In this document: piece by piece, positions 1 to 6,550 of the stretch
Layout: every line of letters starts with the position of its first letter
Position numbering within the stretch: position 1 is the first letter of the stretch
Translations under genes and position numbers: made by a program
Assembly: GCA_038040415.1 (NCBI GenBank)
Contig: JBBPIK010000006.1
Coordinates: 8,763-72,762 of the forward strand
Reading direction: 5' to 3'
DNA: 64,000 nucleotides
DNA from: Actinomycetota bacterium
GTDB taxonomy: Bacteria > Actinomycetota > Thermoleophilia > Solirubrobacterales > 70-9
The notes under the pieces: model-generated
Databases searched by the model: none
The model's input: only the letters and a program-made list of their open reading frames with translations
What the model was told of the DNA's origin: nothing

Positions 1-18
1 GGATCCGGACGCGCTCGC

Positions 19-417
19 CTACTGGGAGCCCGACCCCGTGCCCGGTTGCGGAGCCTCGCTGGCCTCGCGGCCCGCGTACTTGGAGACGAACTCGGCGACG
101 CTGATCGCTTCCTCGCCGGTGACGATGTTCTGGGGCATGATCGCGCCCGAGAAGCCGCCGTTGCGGATCGCGAACAGGACGTCGTCCACGCTCTCGGCGC
201 GCTCGTCGAGATTCGGGCCCTGTGCACGAAGCGCCCGGTTGGCGGTCCCCTGAGTCCCCGCCGGCGTCAGCGTGTGACAGCCTGAGCACCGCTCCGCGAA
301 CAGCACCGCTCCGCGATGGGCGGGGTCGTCCTGCGACACCGAGATCCCCTCGGTCCCGCACGCGGCCAGGACCAGGGCCGCCGCGGCTGCCACTGTGAAC
401 GCGAGGACGGGGCGCAC
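19..417 (-). CDS. c-type cytochrome (single CxxCH), probable lipoprotein
   Basis: This is the distal part of ORF 19..870(-). A GTG at 415-417 gives VRPVLAFTVAAAAALVLAACG, a signal peptide with a lipobox, followed by the CSGCH haem-binding motif and a distal Met (IMPQN). The upstream 150 codons of the tracked ORF overlap the opposite-strand flavin reductase gene and look like GC read-through. Confidence 0.7.
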   Translation of the reverse strand: MRPVLAFTVAAAAALVLAACGTEGISVSQDDPAHRGAVLFAERCSGCHTLTPAGTQGTANRALRAQGPNLDERAESVDDVLFAIRNGGFSGAIMPQNIVTGEEAISVAEFVSKYAGREASEAPQPGTGSGSQ

Positions 418-466
418 GCGGGCGGCATCATACTTTCCGCTTCGTGACCGCGAGCCTCGTGCCCTG

Positions 467-958
467 ATGCCAACCGAGATCGAGCCGGCCACCTTGCGCG
501 CCGCGATGTCGCGCTTCCCGACGGCGGTCACCGTGATCACCGCGATCGGCCCCGCGGCGGGGCCGGCGGGGGCGACCGCGAACGCCGTCGCCTCGCTGTC
601 GCTGGAGCCACCGCTGATGCTCGCCGCGCTCGACCTCGGCTCCCGCACCTTGGTCGCGGTCGAGCACGCCAGCCGCTTCGGCATCAACGTGCTGGCCTCC
701 GACCAGGCGGAGCTGGCCCGGCGCTTCAGCACCAAAGACCCGCACCCGGAGAAGTGGGACGGCGTCGCCTTCGAGGAGCGGGCCGGAACCCCCAGGATCG
801 AGGGAGCCCTCATCTGGCTCGCCTGCGAGCTGCGCGACGTCCACGACGGCGGCGACCACACGATCGCCACCGGCGCGGTGCTCGACCTCGAGCACTCCGA
901 GGGCGAGCCGTTGATCTTTCACCGCGGCGAGTACCGGCCGCTGACCGGCAGTAGTTGA
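467..958 (+). CDS. flavin reductase-like FMN-binding protein
   Basis: There is an in-frame ATG (MPTEIEP) inside ORF 395..958. FPTAVTVITA, GATANAVASLSLEPPLMLAAL, GDHTIATGAV and FHRGEY match the split-barrel flavin reductase (HpaC-like) pattern as I recall it. Confidence 0.7.
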   Translation: MPTEIEPATLRAAMSRFPTAVTVITAIGPAAGPAGATANAVASLSLEPPLMLAALDLGSRTLVAVEHASRFGINVLASDQAELARRFSTKDPHPEKWDGVAFEERAGTPRIEGALIWLACELRDVHDGGDHTIATGAVLDLEHSEGEPLIFHRGEYRPLTGSS

Positions 959-966
959 GTTCGATT

Positions 967-1002
967 GGCGGGTTTGTTGCTCACGTGCGCAACAAACCCG
1001 CC
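967..1002. terminator. TH2 hairpin copy a (bidirectional terminator-like)
   Basis: GGCGGGTTTGTTGC-tcacgtgc-GCAACAAACCCGCC forms a 14-bp perfect stem. It lies 9 nt after the flavin reductase stop, between convergent genes. Confidence 0.45.
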
Positions 1003-1038
1003 AAAGGCGGCGTTGGTCGGGCGCCCGCGGTTGGGCGG

Positions 1039-1464
1039 CTAGCCCGAGCTGGTCGCCGCCCGCAGGGCGAGCAGGAAGATGACCAGCGCCGAGACCGCCA
1101 TGATCCCGGTCTCGCGGCGGACGATCGCCAGCGCGGTCAGCCGCTGGCGGTCCTTCGGCAGCGACTCGAAATCGAGGCCGACCAGCTCGCGCTCGGCGGC
1201 TCCGGCGCGGGCCGCCTCGGCGAGAAGCGCGACGACGATCGGCAGGACGCCGTACAGGTAGTGAAGGCCGTTGCCCTCCCGGCCGGAGAGCAGCAGGATC
1301 GCCCCCATGCCCACCTGAAGCACCGCCGCCCCCTGCGCAACGCGCAGCGCGTACCAAAAGCCGACCGACGGCGCCTGGCGAAGCCAGGCGATCCCGCCCC
1401 ACACCCCGGCCGCCAGGTTGGTGGCGATCACCGCAATCCCCAGCACGACGTGAAGGGCGACCAT
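1039..1464 (-). CDS. hypothetical integral membrane protein
   Basis: This 141-aa ORF has about four hydrophobic segments (VALHVVLGIAVIATNLAAGVW, ILLLSG, LYGVLPIVVALLAEA, IMAVSALVIFLLAL). I recognise no family. Confidence 0.5.
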   Translation of the reverse strand: MVALHVVLGIAVIATNLAAGVWGGIAWLRQAPSVGFWYALRVAQGAAVLQVGMGAILLLSGREGNGLHYLYGVLPIVVALLAEAARAGAAERELVGLDFESLPKDRQRLTALAIVRRETGIMAVSALVIFLLALRAATSSG

Positions 1465-1517
1465 CGCCTCAGGCCGCCGCCGCCGAAATCGGCTTGCTGA
1501 TGCGGAAAAGCACTATG

Positions 1518-1547
1518 TAGCAACCTGACACAAAGTGGGTATATAAC
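1518..1547 (+). promoter_or_regulatory. candidate nuo promoter (-35 TAGCAA, 17-nt spacer, -10 ATATAA/TATAAC)
   Basis: This is the only AT-rich patch in the 92-nt spacer upstream of nuoA. The -10-like hexamer ends about 10 nt before the nuoA GTG at 1557, and no Shine-Dalgarno sequence lies between them. Confidence 0.3.
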
Positions 1548-1556
1548 TCGGCTCCC

Positions 1557-1919
1557 GTGCTGCTGCGCAGCTACCTCCCCGTGATCGTGTTCGCCGCCCT
1601 CGGTGTGATCGTGGGAGGGGCGCTGGCGATGATCAACGGCTTGATCGGCCCGCGGCGCCCGAGCAGGGTGAAGAGCGAGCCCTACGAATGCGGCCTGCCG
1701 ACCGAGGTCTCGCGGACCTTCCGCTTCGGCGTCAGCTTCTACATGATCGCGATGCTGTTCATCCTGTTCGACATCGAGGTCGTCTTCCTGTACCCGGTGG
1801 GGGTGATCCTCGCGGCGGCGAACTCGGTCTTCGTCCTGGTCGAGATCGGGATCTTCGTCATCCTGCTGCTGGTCGCGCTCGCGTACGTGTGGCGAAGGGG
1901 AGCGCTCGATTGGAGATAA
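1557..1919 (+). CDS. nuoA: NADH-quinone oxidoreductase subunit A
   Basis: The 120-aa product has three TM segments and the EPYECG motif. It is first in the nuo gene order and starts with GTG. Confidence 0.9.
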   Translation: MLLRSYLPVIVFAALGVIVGGALAMINGLIGPRRPSRVKSEPYECGLPTEVSRTFRFGVSFYMIAMLFILFDIEVVFLYPVGVILAAANSVFVLVEIGIFVILLLVALAYVWRRGALDWR

Positions 1920-2647
1920 AGCGCGAGAAGCTTCGCGCGCTCTCGCCGCTCGAAGAGCCGCAATCGGCCGCCGAGCTTCGGGTCCGGCAAATGCGCGCCC
2001 GCGACCTCCTGCGAGGCGACCTGGAGGGCCCCGCGCTCGAGCGCCACGTCGCCGAGTCGGTTTTGACGACCACGCTCGACAAGACGATGCGCTGGGGGCG
2101 CGCCAACTCGATCTTCCCGGCCACCTTCGGGCTGGCCTGCTGCGCGATCGAGATGATGGCGATGGTCAGCCCACGCTACGACGTCGCGCGGTTCGGCGCC
2201 GAGAACCTCCGCGCCTCGCCCCGGCAGGCCGACATGCTGATCCTCTCCGGCCGGGTGGCGATCAAGATGGCCCCGGTCATCCGGCGCCTCTACGACCAGA
2301 TGCTGGAGCCAAAGTGGGTGATCTCGATGGGCGCCTGCTCGTCCTCGGGCGGCATGTTCGCGAACTACGCCGTGGTCCAGGGGGCGGACAAGTTCATGCC
2401 GGTGGACATCCACGTCCCGGGCTGCCCGCCGCGCCCGGAAGCGCTCCTGTATGGGTTCAACAAGCTTCAGCGGATGATCCTCGGCGACCCCGATCCCGGC
2501 TGGAGGCGCCGCTACAACGCGATCGGCACCGAGGAGTGGGCCCGGCCCGCGACCGGCACTGCGTCCACGGAGGAGGCCGAGGCGTACGCCGTCGCCCGGG
2601 AGCTCTCGGTCGCCCGCCACGCCGAGCTGGCCGGGGAAAGCGGCTGA
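1910..2647 (+). CDS. nuoB: NADH-quinone oxidoreductase subunit B
   Basis: The gene lies in the frame of ORF 1688..2647. Core motifs are [22 protein letters not shown] and [13 protein letters not shown] at 1910 overlaps the nuoA stop, and an ATG at 1991 is an alternative start. There is a roughly 55-aa non-canonical C-terminal tail. Confidence 0.85.
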   Translation: MEIKREKLRALSPLEEPQSAAELRVRQMRARDLLRGDLEGPALERHVAESVLTTTLDKTMRWGRANSIFPATFGLACCAIEMMAMVSPRYDVARFGAENLRASPRQADMLILSGRVAIKMAPVIRRLYDQMLEPKWVISMGACSSSGGMFANYAVVQGADKFMPVDIHVPGCPPRPEALLYGFNKLQRMILGDPDPGWRRRYNAIGTEEWARPATGTASTEEAEAYAVARELSVARHAELAGESG

Positions 2648-3222
2648 TGCCCGACGCGCCCGGCCTCGAGCTGATCGCCCAGGACCTCGACCAGACCGCG
2701 GCGGGCTCGGTGCGTGGCACCTACCACGAGCACGGGCAGGCGTGCTTGATCGTCGACCCGGAGCAAATCCTCGCTGTGCTCGGCTGGTTGCGTGACACCC
2801 CCGGCCAGGAGTACCGCTTCCTGGCCAGCCTCCACGGGGTCGACTACCTGCCGGCCGAGCCGCGTTTCGGCGTCGTCTACGAGCTCTTGAACATGCCGCG
2901 GGTCGAGAGGCTGCGGGTTCGTGCGGCGCTTGCCGACCCTGAGGCGGACCCAAGCGAACCCGGTCGCCCCCGGACGCGCAGCGGAGGAGGCGACCAGCTT
3001 CCTGAAATAGACAGCTGCGTCCCTGTCTTCCCCACGGCCGAGTTCCACGAGCGAGAGGTCTACGACTTCTTCGGCATCATCTTCCGGGGCCACCACGACC
3101 TGCGGCGCATCCTGATGCCCGAGGACTACGTCGGCTGGCCGCAGCGCCGCGACTTCCCGGTCGGGGGCGAGCCGGTGATCTTCACCCACAACGAGCGTCA
3201 AGTTCCCCGCTGGTTCGAATGA
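2647..3222 (+). CDS. nuoC: NADH-quinone oxidoreductase subunit C
   Basis: The ATG at 2647 overlaps the nuoB TGA. Motifs are HGVDY, FPTAEFHEREVYDFFGIIF and RRILMPEDY. A charged insertion of about 35 aa (PEADPSEPGRPRTRSGGGDQLPEIDS) is present. Confidence 0.85.
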   Translation: MPDAPGLELIAQDLDQTAAGSVRGTYHEHGQACLIVDPEQILAVLGWLRDTPGQEYRFLASLHGVDYLPAEPRFGVVYELLNMPRVERLRVRAALADPEADPSEPGRPRTRSGGGDQLPEIDSCVPVFPTAEFHEREVYDFFGIIFRGHHDLRRILMPEDYVGWPQRRDFPVGGEPVIFTHNERQVPRWFE

Positions 3223-4484
3223 GCGACCTGGGCCGAGACGTCATCTCGCGCACGGACGCCCAGGTGATCGGCACCGCCCTGGTGGAACGCACCGCGGCCG
3301 GACAGGCGCTTGCGCCCGAGCAGGAGCTGATGACGATCAACATGGGGCCGCACCATCCGGCCACCCACGGGGTGCTGCGGCTGCTGGTCAGCCTCGAGGG
3401 GGAGGTGGTCCGCGACCTGAAGCCGGTGGTGGGCTACGTGCACACGGGGATCGAGAAGAGCTGCGAGGACAAGTCCTACTGGAAGGCGATCCCGTTCGTG
3501 GAGCGGATGGACTACCTCTCCTACTTCTTCAACATGGAGGCGTTCGTCGGCTGCGTGGAGCGCCTGCTCGAGCTGGAGATCCCCCCGCGCGCCAAGTACC
3601 TGCGAGTGATCCACCTGGAGCTGAACCGGATCCACTCGCACCTCGTCTGGCTCGGAACCGGGGCCCTCGACCTCGGCGCGATGTCGATGTTCTTCTACTG
3701 CTTCCGGGACCGCGACCGGATCCTCGACCTGTTCGAGCTGTCGACCGGGCAGCGGATGCACACCCGCTACTTCCAGGTCGGGGGCGTCTTCGAGGACATC
3801 CCCGTCGGCTTCGAGCGCCAGGCCCGCGCCTTCTGCGCCGAGATGCCCTCGCGGCTCGATCAGTACGAGGCGATCCTCAACCGCAACGAGATCTTCTTGC
3901 AACGGACGAGGAACGTCGGCGTCGTCCCGCGCCAGCGACTGCTGGACCTGGGGGTAACGGGGCCGCTGCTGCGGGCCGCCGGCGAGCCGTGGGACCTGCG
4001 CAAGGTTGATCCCACCCTCGCCTATGCGGACTTCGACTTTCAGATTCCGGTGGGCACCGTGGGCGACGGCCACGATCGCTACCGCGTGCGGGTGCAGGAG
4101 ATGCGCGAGTCGGTGCGGATCGTCGAGCAGGCCCTCGACGGGCTGCCCGAGGGCCCGTGGATCGCCGACGACCGCAAGGTGGTGCTGCCGCCGCGCGACG
4201 AGCTCTCGACCTCGATGGAGGCCTTGATCCACCACTTCAAGCTGGTCACCGAGGGCTTCCGGGTGCCGCCGGGCGAGGCCTACTACCCGGTCGAGGGACC
4301 GCGCGGAGAGCTCGGCTGCTTCGTGGTCGCCGATGGCTCGGCGAAGCCGGCCCGAGTCCACTTCCGCGACCCCTCGTTCGTCAACCTGCAGGCGCTTCGC
4401 GACATGTCCGTGGGCGGCTACGTCGCCGACCTGATCCAGAACCTGGCGATGCTCGACCCGATCCTGGGAGGCATCGACCGATGA
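3219..4484 (+). CDS. nuoD: NADH-quinone oxidoreductase subunit D
   Basis: The 421-aa product has MGPHHPATHGVLRL, YVHTGIEK and a C-terminal DPILGGIDR. The start overlaps nuoC as ATGA. Confidence 0.95.
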   Translation: MSDLGRDVISRTDAQVIGTALVERTAAGQALAPEQELMTINMGPHHPATHGVLRLLVSLEGEVVRDLKPVVGYVHTGIEKSCEDKSYWKAIPFVERMDYLSYFFNMEAFVGCVERLLELEIPPRAKYLRVIHLELNRIHSHLVWLGTGALDLGAMSMFFYCFRDRDRILDLFELSTGQRMHTRYFQVGGVFEDIPVGFERQARAFCAEMPSRLDQYEAILNRNEIFLQRTRNVGVVPRQRLLDLGVTGPLLRAAGEPWDLRKVDPTLAYADFDFQIPVGTVGDGHDRYRVRVQEMRESVRIVEQALDGLPEGPWIADDRKVVLPPRDELSTSMEALIHHFKLVTEGFRVPPGEAYYPVEGPRGELGCFVVADGSAKPARVHFRDPSFVNLQALRDMSVGGYVADLIQNLAMLDPILGGIDR

Positions 4485-6550
4485 TGGACGCCGGGGCTAG
4501 GGACGAAGTCCCGGTGCACGCGGCTGAACCTGCCGCCCCGTCCGCGCCCGAACCCGCCGGAAACGTAGCCGAAGGCGAGGCTTCCGGCGGAGTTATTCCC
4601 GAGTTGCACGAGGTCGACGTGCCCGACGAGCTGCGGGAGGAAATCGAGACGGCGATGTCCCGCTACCCCGAGATCCGCTCGGCCGCGCTTCCTGCGCTCT
4701 GGGCCGTTCAGCGCGAGTACGGATGGTGCACCCCGGACGGCGTCCGCCAGGCGGCGGCGGTGATGGGGGTGACCCCCGGCTACCTCGAGTCCCTCGCGAC
4801 CTTCTACGACCTCTTCCGGACGACTCCGGTGGGGCGCCACCAGGTGCTCGTCTGCCACAACATCTCCTGCTGGATGCGAGGGGCGGACGACCTGCTCCGC
4901 GCCTTCAGCGAGGCCGCCGGCGCCGATGCCCACGAGGCCGATCACGGAGGCGCCAGCTCGGCGGACGGGGAGGTCTTCGTAATGGGCTTCGAGTGCCTCG
5001 GGGCGTGCGACATCGCGCCGATGGCCTCGATCGACGAGCGCTACTACGGGCCCCTGGACGCCGGCGACGCGGAGACCGCGGTGGAGCAGCTTCGCTCTGG
5101 CGCCGAGGTCCTACCGGACAAGGCGCTCGCCGACCGCCCCGCAGCCGGCGGCCCCGAGCCCGAACCCGCCCCTGAAACGCGGATGCTCTTCAAGAGCCTC
5201 GACGAGCCGGGGCTGGCCTCGATCGACACCTACCGCCGCCTGGGCGGATACAGCTCGCTGGAGCGCGCCTTCCGCGACCTGGAGCCGGAGGAGCTGCTTG
5301 GCGTGCTGGAGGAGTCCGGGCTCCGCGGCCGCGGCGGGGCCGGCTTCTCGATGGGAAGGAAGGCCTCCTTTCTTCCCCGCGGCGAGATGTCCAAGTACCT
5401 GTGCTGCAACGCCGACGAGTCCGAGCCGGGCGCGTTCAAGGACCGCGAGCTGATGCAGAAGAACCCGCACCAGCTGATCGAGGGGATCGCGATCGCGGCG
5501 CTGGCCGCCGGGGCCGGCTGGGGATTCGTGTTCATCCGGGGCGAGTACGCGGCGGTGGCCGACATCCTCGACCGCGCGGTCGCCGAGGCGTACGAGGCGG
5601 GCTACCTGGGCGAGAACATCCTCGGCAGTGGTTCCCGCGTCGAGGTGGTCGTCCACCGCGGCGCCGGCGCCTATATCTGCGGCGAGGAGACGGCGCTCCT
5701 CGACGCGCTTGAGGGAAAGCGCGGCAACCCGCGCCTGAAGCCGCCGTTCCCGGCGATTCAGGGCCTCTACGGAGGGCCCACCCTGATCAACAACGTCGAG
5801 ACGCTGTCCAACGTGCCCCACATCGTCGCCAACGGCGCCGAGTGGTTCAAGGGGCTCGGCACCGAGCAGTCGCCCGGCACCAAGGTCGTCTCGGTGTCGG
5901 GCTGCGTCCAGCGGCCCGGCAACTACGAAGTCGCACTCGGGATCCCCACCCGGGAGCTGATCTACGGGCTAGCCGGCGGCCCGCCGCCCGGACGCGAGGT
6001 CAAGGCCTGGTTCCCGGGTGGTTCCTCGGCGCCGATCCTAACCGCGGCCGAGCTCGACCTCCCATACAGCTTCGAGGCAATGGCCGACGCGGGCTCGATG
6101 CTCGGCTCGGGGTCGATCATCGTCGCCGACGACTCGATCTCGATTCCGGAGCTGGCGCTGCGCACGGCGCGCTTCTACCACCACGAGTCATGCGGAAAGT
6201 GCACGCCGTGTCGCGAAGGCACCAACTGGACGGTGAAGATGCTCGAGCGGGTGATCTCGGGCGAGGCGACCCCGATGGACCTCGACATCATCGCCTCGGT
6301 GCAGGAGAACATCATCGGCCACTGCCTGTGCGTGCTCGGTGACTCGATGGCGATGCCGGTTTCGAGCATGGTGGCGAAGTTCCGGGAGGAATTCGAAGAA
6401 CACATCCGACGAGTCGCAAGCGACTCGCCGGGTTCGGGCGCCGACGGGGCGGCAGGTTTGCACGCCCAGGGAGCCGAAGGCGACCGGTCATCCGGCGAAG
6501 CCGGAGGCGGGACTTCGTCCCTAGCCCCAGCGAGCGGTCGGCATGCGTGA
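4481..6550 (+). CDS. nuoEF: fused NADH-quinone oxidoreductase subunits E and F (single ORF)
   Basis: The frame of ORF 4157..6550 is open throughout. The NuoE part carries ALPALWAVQREYGW, VCHNISCWMRG and FECLGACDIAPM. A linker (DRPAAGGPEPEPAPETR) follows. The NuoF part carries GLRGRGGAGFSMGRK, NADESEPGAFKDR, ICGEETALL, ESCGKCTPCREG and CVLGD. The ATG at 4481 overlaps the nuoD stop, and in-frame TTG 4604 or GTG 4619 are alternative starts lying just after PR1 copy 1. Confidence 0.85.
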   Translation: MMDAGARDEVPVHAAEPAAPSAPEPAGNVAEGEASGGVIPELHEVDVPDELREEIETAMSRYPEIRSAALPALWAVQREYGWCTPDGVRQAAAVMGVTPGYLESLATFYDLFRTTPVGRHQVLVCHNISCWMRGADDLLRAFSEAAGADAHEADHGGASSADGEVFVMGFECLGACDIAPMASIDERYYGPLDAGDAETAVEQLRSGAEVLPDKALADRPAAGGPEPEPAPETRMLFKSLDEPGLASIDTYRRLGGYSSLERAFRDLEPEELLGVLEESGLRGRGGAGFSMGRKASFLPRGEMSKYLCCNADESEPGAFKDRELMQKNPHQLIEGIAIAALAAGAGWGFVFIRGEYAAVADILDRAVAEAYEAGYLGENILGSGSRVEVVVHRGAGAYICGEETALLDALEGKRGNPRLKPPFPAIQGLYGGPTLINNVETLSNVPHIVANGAEWFKGLGTEQSPGTKVVSVSGCVQRPGNYEVALGIPTRELIYGLAGGPPPGREVKAWFPGGSSAPILTAAELDLPYSFEAMADAGSMLGSGSIIVADDSISIPELALRTARFYHHESCGKCTPCREGTNWTVKMLERVISGEATPMDLDIIASVQENIIGHCLCVLGDSMAMPVSSMVAKFREEFEEHIRRVASDSPGSGADGAAGLHAQGAEGDRSSGEAGGGTSSLAPASGRHA
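4493..4600 (+). repeat. PR1 palindromic repeat, copy 1 (scaffold only, no cassette)
   Basis: GGGGCTAGGGACGAAGTCCC...CCTGCCGCCCCGTCCGCGCCCGAACCCGCCG...GCCGAAGGCGAGGCTTCCGGCGGAGTTATTCCC aligns by eye with the copies at 6398, 11507, 31620 and 40615. Confidence 0.85.
6398..6528 (-). repeat. PR1 palindromic repeat, copy 2 (inverted, one cassette)
   Basis: The reverse complement reads GGGGCTAGGGACGAAGTCCCG-CCTCCGGCTTCGCCGGATGACCGGTCGCCTTCGGCTCCCTG-...CCTGCCGCCCCGTCGGCGCCCGAACCCGGCG-hairpin-TCGGATGTGTTC. The copy lies inside the 3' end of the nuoEF ORF. Confidence 0.85.

Noticed and set aside
428-1402. 324-aa minus-strand ORF
   Set aside because: It lies antisense to the flavin reductase gene and out of frame with the 1039..1464 membrane protein. 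Its composition is Arg/Gly-rich.
2900-3010. Insertion in NuoC (PEADPSEPGRPRTRSGGGDQLPEIDS) and the NuoB C-terminal tail, considered as further PR1 copies
   Set aside because: I could not align the underlying DNA to the PR1 scaffold or cassette. They look like ordinary lineage-specific linker expansions.
4157-4480. Upstream extension of the nuoEF ORF, overlapping nuoD
   Set aside because: It lies in an alternative frame within the highly conserved nuoD 3' region. The ATG at 4481, coupled to the nuoD stop, is the earliest credible start.
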